In this document: positions 1 to 9,276 of the stretch, piece by piece | Layout: each line of letters opens with the position of its first letter | How positions within the stretch are numbered: the first letter of the stretch is position 1 | IMG/VR virus record: IMGVR_UViG_3300009085_000026 | Reading direction: 5' to 3' (one strand) | DNA length: 20,000 nucleotides | Origin: an uncultured virus (IMG/VR IMGVR_UViG_3300009085_000026) | Taxonomy: Duplodnaviria > Heunggongvirae > Uroviricota > Caudoviricetes | Notes under the pieces: model-generated | What the model saw: only the letters and a program-made list of their open reading frames with translations | Databases searched by the model: none | What the model was told of the DNA's origin: nothing | Program-made: the position numbers and the translations under genes

Positions 1-1006
1 CAACTGAGCCAGAGGTATCAACTGTCACAACTACCTTCTTGGACATTTTCTTTATACCAGGAAGAGGCAAGCTCCTTCTGTTCCTCTTAGACCAAGTGTT
101 CTCATAAAGGCTACCAGGCTCATTCACATGCCTTGACATGAGAGTAGAAAGTTTCTTCTGCCAAGGAATCGAGACTGTCTTGATGAGCTCCTTGATTACA
201 GACTGCATGTTGCCAGAGATGTTTCCCCAAGACCGAGTCTTTGCATTATCGATAATTTCCTGTACAACTATTTTCTCAATCTCTGACAAAGGCTTCTGCT
301 TGCTGTGGTCATCGGTGGTCCTTAGAACCTTCTTGCCCTTGTTCTTTCCACACATTGGGCAATTAGGATCATGAGGCTTCTTCTTGCCATCATTGCCACC
401 ACCATTTCCACCATCTTCCTTCCCATCGCTCTCTTTCTCTCCTTCTCCTCCACCGCCCTCACCATCTTCTTTCTTCTCTTCGTCGGCCTTCCCACCGCCT
501 CCACAAACTGGACATTCGCCATCTCCCTTGCCGCCCTGGCTTCCAGTAGAAACTATATAGATCTTAGTAGAATTCTTTTCCAGAAAGTCATACACGATTT
601 CAGAAATGTGTTCTCCTTTGAAGCCCATTGTTTCAATGTCCTTTATCTTTACCCCATCTTTTGGGAGAACAAGCTTCCTATCGCTTATCATAGTGTCTTC
701 TACTATTTCGTTAATGCAAGCATCCTGAGCTACATTGAATATGTTTGTATCCCTATTGCCCAGTCTATCGTGGAACTTGTTGAGAAGATGCATTATCTCA
801 TGGACACAAAGTCCTTCAACCTCGAGAGGATTTAGCTTGCTGATGAACTCCTTGTTGTAGAAGAACAAGATCTTGTGATTGACAGGAGCAACTCCCGCAG
901 TTGGAGTGTTCTCGTCTTCCTTGTAGAGGAAGCGGAGAAGGAACTCTGCGAAGAATGGGCTGTCGACTTGCCACCTTACGCAGATGCTTGAGATCTGCTC
1001 GGGCAT
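1..1006 (-). CDS. DUF2201-type HExxH metallopeptidase fused to vWA domain (3' end runs off the window)
   Basis: Missing from the ORF track; translated by hand from ATG 1006 (possible GTG start at 1018): MPEQISSICVRWQVDSPFFAEFLLRF...TPTAGV...YNKEFI...VHEIMHLL...FNVAQDACINE, then a Gly/Lys/Glu-rich linker, then VVVTVDTSGSV (MIDAS DxSxS) at the window edge. Lies directly downstream of a MoxR-type ATPase. Confidence 0.9.
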   Translation of the reverse strand, partial: MPEQISSICVRWQVDSPFFAEFLLRFLYKEDENTPTAGVAPVNHKILFFYNKEFISKLNPLEVEGLCVHEIMHLLNKFHDRLGNRDTNIFNVAQDACINEIVEDTMISDRKLVLPKDGVKIKDIETMGFKGEHISEIVYDFLEKNSTKIYIVSTGSQGGKGDGECPVCGGGGKADEEKKEDGEGGGGEGEKESDGKEDGGNGGGNDGKKKPHDPNCPMCGKNKGKKVLRTTDDHSKQKPLSEIEKIVVQEIIDNAKTRSWGNISGNMQSVIKELIKTVSIPWQKKLSTLMSRHVNEPGSLYENTWSKRNRRSLPLPGIKKMSKKVVVTVDTSGSV

Positions 1007-1014
1007 TTTATTGG

Positions 1015-2157
1015 TCACTTGCTCTCCCTTGACTTGTAGATGATCTCAGCGATCTTGTCACTCATCTCCGGGAATGCATCGAGATAAGGATCAAGGAACT
1101 CCTTCTCTTTCTTTTCGATTTTCACATTGACTCCCGAAAGAGCCTTGAAGATGGCGACCATGTGGTCCTTGTCGAGCTCTTCCGTTGCAAACTGGTGGAA
1201 ATTCTTCAGGACATCATTCGTGATGAACTCCTGCTTCTGCCTGTCCTGAATATAAGCTACCAGCTCATTTGACAAAGAGTACTTCCTGTCCCTCCCCATC
1301 TTCTTCACATCCTTCTTGAACTTGTCGTAGTTGAAGAGGATATCTTCAGGGCGAACCTTTGAGCGAAGCTTGAGGAATTCAATAAACTGGTGGACGACCG
1401 GGCCCAGCAAAGCAAAGCCAACCATCTTGGTGAGCTGGGTAATCTCCATCTCTGGATTCTGCTTGATGAGCTGAGAGAACTTATCCCAAGAACGAGGAGT
1501 GCAGAACACCATCTCGTTCTCCTTGATGTCGGTGTAAAGAGCAGATGGCTTGGTTGCCAGGAAGCCGAGAACATCGGGATGGACTTGACCATCCTTCTCG
1601 GCCCACTCTCTCCAGCAATCGTAAAGGCCAGCGTCATCTACCATGAAGTGGACGAACCTGTTGTTTAGGGCAGAGTCGGAAATCTCTGTGACCTCGGTCT
1701 TGTCCTCCTCGCCGAGATTGCCTGCGCAAACGATAAACCAGTTATCCAGCAGCCTGTGCATCCCAACTCCATGGTCGAGAACCAGCTGGAAACTCGGCTG
1801 GAGAACATCGAATCGAGCTCGGTTGAACTCGTCGAGGAAGAGGATGCCACCATCCCCGAACTTCCGGTTCTTCTTATCGCCAGGAACGTAGAGGTCTTTG
1901 AAGGCCTCGAAGGGGATTGTCTCAGGAGGGAGCCATCGGCAACAGCCAAGCTTTGCGTCAGAAAAAGGAATGCCCCTAATGTCCGAAGACTCCAGCTGAG
2001 AAAGGCGGAGGTCAATGAAAGCGATATTCCTCTTCTCAGCGATCTTGGCAACAATGGCAGACTTGCCGATGCCTGGCTTCCCGTGGATGTATGGAGTTGC
2101 AACCTGAGGAGCCTTCAGAAGAATATCTAATGACTGGGCAATTTCCTTAATCGTCAT
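1015..2157 (-). CDS. MoxR-like AAA+ ATPase
   Basis: Walker A GKPGIGKS, Walker B LFLDEFNR, Arg finger ALNNRF, sensor-2 TPRSW; GGAGG RBS at 2163-2167. Confidence 0.92.
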   Translation of the reverse strand: MTIKEIAQSLDILLKAPQVATPYIHGKPGIGKSAIVAKIAEKRNIAFIDLRLSQLESSDIRGIPFSDAKLGCCRWLPPETIPFEAFKDLYVPGDKKNRKFGDGGILFLDEFNRARFDVLQPSFQLVLDHGVGMHRLLDNWFIVCAGNLGEEDKTEVTEISDSALNNRFVHFMVDDAGLYDCWREWAEKDGQVHPDVLGFLATKPSALYTDIKENEMVFCTPRSWDKFSQLIKQNPEMEITQLTKMVGFALLGPVVHQFIEFLKLRSKVRPEDILFNYDKFKKDVKKMGRDRKYSLSNELVAYIQDRQKQEFITNDVLKNFHQFATEELDKDHMVAIFKALSGVNVKIEKKEKEFLDPYLDAFPEMSDKIAEIIYKSRESK

Positions 2158-2183
2158 ACTTACCTCCGTGAAGAATTTAGTTC

Positions 2184-2212
2184 ACTATAATAGACGATCG
2201 AAACTATGTAAA
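2184..2212 (-). promoter_or_regulatory. Putative sigma70-type promoter for the first AAA/vWA module
   Basis: Minus strand TTTACA-17 nt-TATAGT, just upstream of the RBS of the 2157 gene. Confidence 0.55.
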
Positions 2213-2274
2213 TGAGTTTAGTTTATAAGACTAGTTATGTTTAAAGAATAATTATGCTTCCAAGAGTCTAAATT

Positions 2275-3189
2275 TTATAGACCTTTGAAAACTTTATTTG
2301 TAGCATATCGAGTATAAGTCTTACTCCCAACAGAGTAGATGTACTTATATTGATTTATGAATATGACGTTTTTGTTTTTCTTTTGGGTTATCCAATCTTT
2401 TCTTATTTGGTCGTCAGTCCATTTTATATAGGGAGAAGTTTTTGGATGGGCAACTCCTTGTTTTCTATACTCTCCTATTATGAACTCGTCTGTGTATTCT
2501 TTATTAATGTCGTCCCCGAATTGATTTATGAGCAACTGCTCTAGAAGATCGCTGTGATCTCCCATAGAGATCATTTCTGTGTGAGTGTGAGCTCCGGTAG
2601 AATAACCATAAGTTCCAGCTGAACCAAGAATCCAGTTTTTGCCAAAAGCTTTTTTAGCTTTTATTTGTTGAAGAGACCATGGGACAAAACTATTATTAGG
2701 GTTCATGTGTGCTATTCTAAAATCAAAGTTATATTTTGTGCTTTTCAATATTACTAAAAAACCATAGCTTGCTTTTGGACCATATAGATAATAATCTGAA
2801 GAGTCAAAATTAAAGGGACTTATGACAACATCATTTATAGTTTTTCCGTCGTGTACTATGCTACCACCTCGCGCTCTGTCCACTCCTGGATGTATTCTGA
2901 TATAACCTGGTGCAAAGTTTTCTCCCCAGCCCTCTGATATTCCAAAGTCTGCTGTAAAGGATGCACCTTTCCTATAAGTAATATTGTCTGTTTCATTTTC
3001 TTGTGCAAACTGTTGAATCAAATTATTTACCGCTGTTTTTCTTTGTTCTGCCAATATAGTATCATGGTGAACCGTCTGGATAACCTCCAATGTTTTTTCA
3101 TATCTAATATTAGATTTTTGTGGAGTTGGTTTTTTTATATTAAAAAGACTAAAAAACCAATTAGTCAGCTTCCTCATATTTTTCTCCAA
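2275..3189 (-). CDS. M23/LytM-family peptidoglycan endopeptidase-like protein
   Basis: HPGVD (HxxxD), FRIAHM and GSAGTYGYSTGAHTH (HxH) motifs match the M23 zinc site; no obvious signal peptide. Confidence 0.75.
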   Translation of the reverse strand: MEKNMRKLTNWFFSLFNIKKPTPQKSNIRYEKTLEVIQTVHHDTILAEQRKTAVNNLIQQFAQENETDNITYRKGASFTADFGISEGWGENFAPGYIRIHPGVDRARGGSIVHDGKTINDVVISPFNFDSSDYYLYGPKASYGFLVILKSTKYNFDFRIAHMNPNNSFVPWSLQQIKAKKAFGKNWILGSAGTYGYSTGAHTHTEMISMGDHSDLLEQLLINQFGDDINKEYTDEFIIGEYRKQGVAHPKTSPYIKWTDDQIRKDWITQKKNKNVIFINQYKYIYSVGSKTYTRYATNKVFKGL

Positions 3190-3637
3190 TCATTGCTATA
3201 GTTTTTCCGAAACAATGGTCGGTCTCATGTTGAAATACTTGAGCTTCTAATCCCGACATCATAATTTGCTCTTCTATCAATATTTGATTTCTTATATCTA
3301 TAGTTTCCCATTTGGATATTATCTTGTGATATCTTTTAACCTTATATTTGTTTTCAATGCCATATGTTAGACATGATTCGTTTATTTCATATAACTCGTC
3401 AGAGATTTTAGAGTATTCAGGGTTTATATATAAATTCCACTCTTTTGTTTTAGTGTCAAGAGCAACAAAAACCCTCAAAGGTATTCCTACTTGGGGAGCA
3501 GCTAATCCAACGCCTCCGCTATCTAAGCACAATCTTAGCATGTCTTTTATGGTATCAAAAAAGTACTCGCTTATATCTCTGAGTTTTACTCTTTCACATA
3601 TTATGTTTTCTACCAAACTTGGCTCTATTAATTTCAT
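3161..3637 (-). CDS. def: Peptide deformylase
   Basis: Motifs GVGLAAPQVG, ESCLT (EGCLS-like) and QHETDH. The real start is probably ATG 3637 (MKLIEP, with GGTGGA upstream), because the longer ORF crosses a terminator and overlaps the upstream gene. Confidence 0.92.
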   Translation of the reverse strand: MKLIEPSLVENIICERVKLRDISEYFFDTIKDMLRLCLDSGGVGLAAPQVGIPLRVFVALDTKTKEWNLYINPEYSKISDELYEINESCLTYGIENKYKVKRYHKIISKWETIDIRNQILIEEQIMMSGLEAQVFQHETDHCFGKTIAMIGEKYEEAD

Positions 3638-3650
3638 GTTTCCACCATCA

Positions 3651-3680
3651 ATAAAAAAGAGCTGACCGAAGTCAGCTCTT
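3651..3680 (-). terminator. Rho-independent terminator
   Basis: AAGAGCUGAC-UUCG-GUCAGCUCUU followed by a U run, just after the 3699 stop. Confidence 0.85.
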
Positions 3681-3698
3681 CTATAAAGATTTGTTTTC

Positions 3699-4247
3699 TT
3701 ACTCTTCGTCTTCTGCGGGAGCAACCGGCTTCTTTCCGCCCATTGGAGCCTTGCCCATTGGAGCTTTACCAGCTGGTGCCTTTGCTGCAGGAGCAGCCTT
3801 TGATGCACCAGACTTTGCAGCAGCCGCGGCGGCCTTTACCTTCTGAGCAGTAAATCCACCCTTGTACTGTTTCTTCGAAGCTAGCTCTATGCAGAGCTGT
3901 ACGATATCAAGGAAAGTTCCCTTTACCTGATCGATCATCTTCATTCCGACCTTGGCCTCGTTGAGCCCTTCCTTGAAGATATCCTCTTCTGGCTCATCCT
4001 TCCCGGCCATCTCGGCCTCGGTGAAGAATGCTACTGACCAGCTATCCTTCTTCTCTCCATCCTTATCGTGCTCCATAACTACTAGATCATAACCTTCTGG
4101 CTGATATTGCCATATATTAGTGAGTCCAGCTGTCTTAATGCCAGCTTTCATTTCGGGATCAACTTTCTCTCCCTCTTTCCCACCTTCTTCAAATAATAAA
4201 CCACCCTTTTTATCAAGGGCTTCAAGAAACTCTCTGATATTATCCAT
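3699..4247 (-). CDS. Hypothetical protein with Lys/Ala/Pro-rich C-terminal tail
   Basis: ATG 4247 with GGAGG at 4256-4260; tail KAAAAAAKSGASKAAPAAKAPAGKAPMGKAPMGGKK. Confidence 0.8.
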   Translation of the reverse strand: MDNIREFLEALDKKGGLLFEEGGKEGEKVDPEMKAGIKTAGLTNIWQYQPEGYDLVVMEHDKDGEKKDSWSVAFFTEAEMAGKDEPEEDIFKEGLNEAKVGMKMIDQVKGTFLDIVQLCIELASKKQYKGGFTAQKVKAAAAAAKSGASKAAPAAKAPAGKAPMGKAPMGGKKPVAPAEDEE

Positions 4248-4265
4248 TTTATAAACCTCCAAAAA

Positions 4266-5657
4266 CTATATTCTATAAGTCTCGTAATTTATTATATTCT
4301 CTTTTGATTTTGGATAGCAACTTTCTGAAGAGCCATCTATTATCAAATAGAGAATGTTCTTATGATTATCTTTGAATAACAGGCCTAAATCTTTATCATT
4401 TACTCCACCAAAATATCCATCTGTTGCTATAATTAGGAACGGAGCTATCACTGCTGATGCTTCGCTACCTTCACCTTTTACAGGTATAACTATGTCGTCT
4501 TTGCTCATTCCTGATGATGCTGGTTTTTTAATTATGTTTAATAAAGCAGCAGATGGTTTCTCTGGGTCATAGTGGGTGTGCTCTTTGAGATATTTGAATA
4601 GAGACCCCGCTAAGTCTGTTCCACCGCGACCACCTATACCCTTCTTACCTTCTTTATATACTTTCCATCCACCAGCTTTATATTCTTCGGCATTGTGAAC
4701 AGCAGTATCCCACGTCATAAAATAAACTCTGCCCTCGAGCTTTACTGTTCCAGCGCTAAATCCTCTCTTGAAAGCAGAAGCTATTTTATCCATCTCTCCA
4801 AAAACTTTACCTATTGTCGACTCCCCTATAGATCCCGAAGTGTCTAAAGCAACTATCAAAACTATTTCAGATACGGGAGCTTTTACGTAAGGGCCTTTAT
4901 ATAGAATTTTACTTCCAGGAGTGTGCGATTTTGGATCTCTCAAATAAGTAAGGTAAGATTTACTCTTTTGTATCCCTTCTCCTTCTTTGTACCTTTCCGC
5001 TTTCTTTTGAGACATCCTATTTATCGTTGAAGTAGTTCTTGATTTGAACTCTGTTATTCTTCTCTTTAATTCATTTGCCCAGTCTATCTTTGGCTTGTGA
5101 AGGTCTCTCAACTTATCCATATAGCCACCTTCACCTTCTCCTTTACCTTCCACGTTTCTATCTTTTCTTGCTTGCTCAGCTTTTTCTAAAATTTTCTCTG
5201 CCATATCTTTTATTTCGGCTGCATCAGAAGTTTCAAGAATAGCGTGAGCATCTCTCGTTGGCCTCTTCTCCCCCTTGCCGTCCCCCTTTCCTTCTTTTGC
5301 CATGTTCTCTTTTGAAAGTTTTACTTCTTTCTTTTCCCCTGGGCCTGGAGCGTCTTGACCAGCAGACGGAGCTCCACCACCTTTTTGGGGTTTTCCTCCT
5401 TTCTGTGGAGGTCCACCTTTTCCTTGTTGTGGCTGACCACCTTGTCCTTGCTGCTTCTGGTCTTTTGCCTCTTCAACATTTATAACCTCTACACTCTTTG
5501 GTGCTTCTCCTGTTGGCTGTGGTAATCCTGACCCTTGTCCAGGTGCTCCCGGCTTACCAAACATAACTGGAGTAAGTTCGCTTTTCTTAAATGTTTCATT
5601 TCCCTCTAGAAGAATGCCCTCATCTAGAGATTTTAATAAATCTATTACATGGCTCAT
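4266..5657 (-). CDS. vWA domain protein (DUF2201 C-terminal type) with long G/K/Q/P-rich N-terminal linker
   Basis: MIDAS IVALDTSGS, GRGGTDL and IIATDGY; PKIDWANEL motif before the vWA part; overlaps the upstream gene by 4 nt. Confidence 0.85.
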   Translation of the reverse strand: MSHVIDLLKSLDEGILLEGNETFKKSELTPVMFGKPGAPGQGSGLPQPTGEAPKSVEVINVEEAKDQKQQGQGGQPQQGKGGPPQKGGKPQKGGGAPSAGQDAPGPGEKKEVKLSKENMAKEGKGDGKGEKRPTRDAHAILETSDAAEIKDMAEKILEKAEQARKDRNVEGKGEGEGGYMDKLRDLHKPKIDWANELKRRITEFKSRTTSTINRMSQKKAERYKEGEGIQKSKSYLTYLRDPKSHTPGSKILYKGPYVKAPVSEIVLIVALDTSGSIGESTIGKVFGEMDKIASAFKRGFSAGTVKLEGRVYFMTWDTAVHNAEEYKAGGWKVYKEGKKGIGGRGGTDLAGSLFKYLKEHTHYDPEKPSAALLNIIKKPASSGMSKDDIVIPVKGEGSEASAVIAPFLIIATDGYFGGVNDKDLGLLFKDNHKNILYLIIDGSSESCYPKSKENIINYETYRI

Positions 5658-6433
5658 GAGGAACCTCTAGCTTTCTTAATTTCCTCTTCTATGTCTACTT
5701 CTTCTGTTTCTACAGTTCCATCTTTGTTTACTTTTGTAATCTTTCTATACTCATCTTTGTGAGGACCTTCGTTTACTTTTACCACTTGTCCTTCTTTATA
5801 GTAATCCATTTCTTGAGGAGCTCCCCCAGATTGTCCCTGACCAGGTTGTTCTTTCTTATTGGCTTCTAGCCAAGCATACATGTTTTCAGAGTAATAGGCC
5901 TTCTTATCTTTTTTATAATCTGTGTGAAATTTATCTGGAATTTTCATGTCGCCTTCGTCAGGTACTGGTTTCCATCCGCCTATAGCACTTGTATTATCTA
6001 TATCGTGATTTATAATCATATCTTGAGCTATATTCCAGAGAGCGGGATCTCCTCCCTTCGCTATAGCTCTATCATGGTGGAATCTTAAAATATGAGATGC
6101 TTCATGAGCTATAAAGTAAGCTAACTTCCCTGGGACCTTAGCTTCTTGCTCAACATACTCTTCATCATATAAAAACTCTATAACGCCTTTTGAATTTACT
6201 CTTACTCCACCAGTCTTAAACCAATATGGAGGTATAGCTTTTCCAATCTTACAATTCCACCACTCGCAGTTATCTAAAAACTCATAGAGCTCAAACTCAT
6301 CGGAGTTCAAGAAGTGATTCTTTATGGAGGCCATAGCTGGAGGAATTTTACTTTTCTCTGCTTGAAGCAAAGATCTTAGGGCATCGATGCCTTTCTCTTC
6401 ATCTTCATTTAATATATCTAGAATGTTTTTCAT
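5654..6433 (-). CDS. Stand-alone DUF2201-N type HExxH metallopeptidase with C-terminal KOW-like motif
   Basis: IAHEASHILRFH..R and LWNIAQDMIINH parallel the peptidase motifs of gene 1-1006; C-terminal EGQVVKVNEGPHKD resembles KOW. Confidence 0.82.
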   Translation of the reverse strand: MKNILDILNEDEEKGIDALRSLLQAEKSKIPPAMASIKNHFLNSDEFELYEFLDNCEWWNCKIGKAIPPYWFKTGGVRVNSKGVIEFLYDEEYVEQEAKVPGKLAYFIAHEASHILRFHHDRAIAKGGDPALWNIAQDMIINHDIDNTSAIGGWKPVPDEGDMKIPDKFHTDYKKDKKAYYSENMYAWLEANKKEQPGQGQSGGAPQEMDYYKEGQVVKVNEGPHKDEYRKITKVNKDGTVETEEVDIEEEIKKARGSS

Positions 6434-8826
6434 TATTCTGTCTTTAGTCCTTTTAGATAACTAAGTATTCTGGCTTCTTCGGCTTTCTCGCCTTCCGGCT
6501 CTTCAGCTTCACCAGCTTCCTTCTTTCCGCCCTTGCTTATAGCCTCTAGCTCTTTCTCTACTTGACTCTTTGTCTTCAAGGACTTCTTCAAGTTTTCTAC
6601 ATATACTTCCCATTTACCAGCCATTTTTCTGTGAAGGTCTCTAAAGAGTTCGCTTCTACCTTCTTTAGCTGCAGTCTCTATTAAGTGTGTGAATCCTATG
6701 AAGTCATCTGTATCAAATTCTAAATCTTTGTACATTGCTTTGAATGTCTGGTATAGTTGTTCTACTATACCTTGCTTAGACAATAAAGGAATACTCTTCT
6801 CTTCCATAAACTTCTCTATATCCTTTTCTGTCTTGTACTTCGACAAGGCATTGAATAGTCTAGCTAGAAGTTGTGGCTTAGTTCCAAATCCAATATTTGC
6901 TAAGTCTTTTACTTGTTCCCTTATCATCTTGTAGTTGAATAATATATCTTCTTCCGTTATTCCCTCTTTGCCTCTCTTGACAAAGGATCTTATCATTTTA
7001 CTTATATAGTCTTTTCCTTCGTTTCCAAATTCTGGAGATTGCATTGCCAATAGTCTAATCTGGTTTGCAGCACTATTGAACCAAGCCGCAAACTTATATT
7101 GCTCTAGATCTTCTGGTGGCTTTGGTGGTGCCTTCTTATCTACCTTTACTACCTCTGGCCACTTATCCTCTATTTGTTTCTTCATCTTCTCAGCTGTCTT
7201 AGTAAACTTGTCTTGAGATTCTTTGCTCAATGATAGCCACTGTTCAACTCCGCGCTCAATCATATCGTCAGCTACCATGGTGAAAGATCTTGGAGAAGTA
7301 GTTCTTTCTCCTCCACCAAATCCCGTACCACCAGCAACCTTTACTGGATTCAAGAATGGTTTCTCTGGATCTAGCCCCGTCTTTGTTTTCATATCTTGCT
7401 GGACGAAGTTTAGAACTATTGGTGGGACTCTTGTTAGAGTCATGAATTTCTTTCCGCTCTTTGTTTCTGCTGCATAAGGTAAAGCAGCAAAGTTCTTAAA
7501 CCAAGATGGAGCATGATATTTTCCTATAAGAACTCTGTGAACTCTTTCTAGAGTTGCTATATCCATATCTTTTACTGCGTTGATGTTTTCGGATATTCCC
7601 GCCTGAGTTCCAGTGTTCATTGCCAATACTACTACTGTCTTTTCTGGTAGCTTATATCTGTCTAACTCTTTTTCTCCTGACTTCTTTCTAACTAACTCTG
7701 ATGCTCCACCAAGTTCACCAGTAAGTACTAAATTCATAACTGCTGACATCTTTTCCATGTCAGCTCTGTTGAACTCATCAAAGAATAATATCCATGGCTC
7801 TTTACTTCCAGCAGGTGGCAAGAATTGAGATGGTGCCATCTTTACAATCTTCATAGCTCTTCTTAGTCTGTCTTCTTTAACGTCGTCATCAGCAGATTCA
7901 ACGTCGTCTAAGAATGGGAATCCAGATAGTAATTCTACTGGAACCTTTTGTAATTCTAGAGGGAAGAAGTGGTATCCATTTGCTTTAGCGGCTTTCCCAA
8001 TGATTTCGGTTTTTCCCCAACCCGTTGGAGCGTATATAGCAAGAGTCTTTATTTTGCTTTCTTTTAGAACGTTTCCTTCTTTTACTCTTACAAGTAAATC
8101 TCCCAGCTCTCTAGCAAAATCATCATAGCTTATTTCTACAGGAGCTATTTTTATTGGCTTATCTTCGCTTGACTTTAGGGCTTCAGCACCCTCATCTGCG
8201 AAAGAACCAAATACTAATTTATCAACTTCTGCCATAATAGAGATATCGTCAGATTCTGCTTCTACTAATGTATCTTCCCATTCATAATCTACGCCTTCTA
8301 CTACCGCAGCAGACTTTGGAGCTACAACAAACATAACTCCATCGCCGTCTTTTGTCAGACCAGTACCAAATCCTAAGTTTAGTTTATCAGAAAGATGAAT
8401 GTCCATCTTTCCAGCAGGAGTATCATAAGTTAAAGATAAAGTCTTTTTTCCTGAAGCTATTTTCTTATATTCTACTTTCTCGGCTTCTGGAGTAAGAATT
8501 TTTCCTGCCTTATTGAATAGAACAAACTTACCAGCAACAGTCTTTCCTATCGCAACCCCCAGCTTAAATCCTCTTAGAGCAACCTCTTTGATTTTTCCCT
8601 TCAAAGATTGCCAACCACTCTTGACAGCAGCAACTGCTTTCTTCGCAACTCCAGCTACTTTCTCTCCAGCTGCCTTAAGATCAAGTTCGTCTAGCTTTTC
8701 ATCCTTTAAAATTTCTTTTGCTATCTTTTCAAAAAGGATAGACTCTTTTGCTTTCGGCCGACTCTTTACAACAGCAGAATCGGCTATGTCTTCTTTTATG
8801 CTTTTAAACAAATTATTGAAACTCAT
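6433..8826 (-). CDS. Large MoxR-like AAA+ ATPase with ~250-aa N-terminal extension
   Basis: Walker A APTGWGKT, Walker B ILFFDEFNR, ATLERVHR, sensor-2 SPRSF; AAGGAG RBS. Confidence 0.88.
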   Translation of the reverse strand: MSFNNLFKSIKEDIADSAVVKSRPKAKESILFEKIAKEILKDEKLDELDLKAAGEKVAGVAKKAVAAVKSGWQSLKGKIKEVALRGFKLGVAIGKTVAGKFVLFNKAGKILTPEAEKVEYKKIASGKKTLSLTYDTPAGKMDIHLSDKLNLGFGTGLTKDGDGVMFVVAPKSAAVVEGVDYEWEDTLVEAESDDISIMAEVDKLVFGSFADEGAEALKSSEDKPIKIAPVEISYDDFARELGDLLVRVKEGNVLKESKIKTLAIYAPTGWGKTEIIGKAAKANGYHFFPLELQKVPVELLSGFPFLDDVESADDDVKEDRLRRAMKIVKMAPSQFLPPAGSKEPWILFFDEFNRADMEKMSAVMNLVLTGELGGASELVRKKSGEKELDRYKLPEKTVVVLAMNTGTQAGISENINAVKDMDIATLERVHRVLIGKYHAPSWFKNFAALPYAAETKSGKKFMTLTRVPPIVLNFVQQDMKTKTGLDPEKPFLNPVKVAGGTGFGGGERTTSPRSFTMVADDMIERGVEQWLSLSKESQDKFTKTAEKMKKQIEDKWPEVVKVDKKAPPKPPEDLEQYKFAAWFNSAANQIRLLAMQSPEFGNEGKDYISKMIRSFVKRGKEGITEEDILFNYKMIREQVKDLANIGFGTKPQLLARLFNALSKYKTEKDIEKFMEEKSIPLLSKQGIVEQLYQTFKAMYKDLEFDTDDFIGFTHLIETAAKEGRSELFRDLHRKMAGKWEVYVENLKKSLKTKSQVEKELEAISKGGKKEAGEAEEPEGEKAEEARILSYLKGLKTE

Positions 8827-8866
8827 ATTAATTACACTCCTTAGAATGCTAAATGCTCTGTTAGAT

Positions 8867-8873
8867 TTATCTT
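8867..8873 (-). promoter_or_regulatory. AAGATAA motif, candidate phage (late) promoter element
   Basis: The same 7-mer occurs on the coding strand shortly upstream of several gene starts (see findings). Confidence 0.4.
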
Positions 8874-8902
8874 GAGAATTTTAGCTCCAAGGAGAGAAAA
8901 AA

Positions 8903-9241
8903 TTATGGATTTGCTTTTTGATCTTTTATGCTATTTACATATTTAGGTGGCTTAGACTCTATGAATTGGCCGTACTTATCTACTCCATGATCCCAATCTA
9001 CTATGAGTTGGTTTTCATTTAGGTCTGTGTCAATAATCACCATTTGTATATTAGACGGCTCGCCAGTTATCTGAATGTACTCTCCATACCCTGGATTTTT
9101 AATCTGGTTGATTACAGGAGGATAACGGTGAGGGCCGCCATCGATAGCAGATTGACCACAAGCACAAAACCTCATATCGTGCCTTGCTCGGCTGAATACA
9201 ATAGAGCCACAAGCCTTGCAGCGTATTCCTTGAAACTTCAT
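8903..9241 (-). CDS. Small Cys-rich zinc-finger-like phage protein
   Basis: IRCKACGSIVFSRARHDMRFCACGQSAIDGG: the CxxC..HD...CxCG..DGG pattern is common in large-phage hypothetical proteins. Confidence 0.75.
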   Translation of the reverse strand: MKFQGIRCKACGSIVFSRARHDMRFCACGQSAIDGGPHRYPPVINQIKNPGYGEYIQITGEPSNIQMVIIDTDLNENQLIVDWDHGVDKYGQFIESKPPKYVNSIKDQKANP

Positions 9242-9276
9242 ATATAGAATATATGTCTTTATCGAAACTCCGCGTA

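Noticed and set aside
138..2130. Plus-strand and alternate-frame ORFs over the first module (e.g. 371-835, 1756-2130, 1665-2102)
   Set aside because: Shadow ORFs of well-supported minus-strand genes with biased codon usage; the hydrophobic look of 371-835 is the antisense of a Lys/Glu/Gly linker.
3657..3680. Fifth Y-like element (contains GAGCUGA)
   Set aside because: It is a perfect UUCG hairpin with a U tail after a stop codon, with no bulge, second stem or UUAYCG; a terminator explains it.
3638..3808. 57-aa N-terminal extension of peptide deformylase
   Set aside because: Overlaps the upstream gene in another frame and spans a terminator; an internal ATG with RBS gives a normal-sized enzyme.
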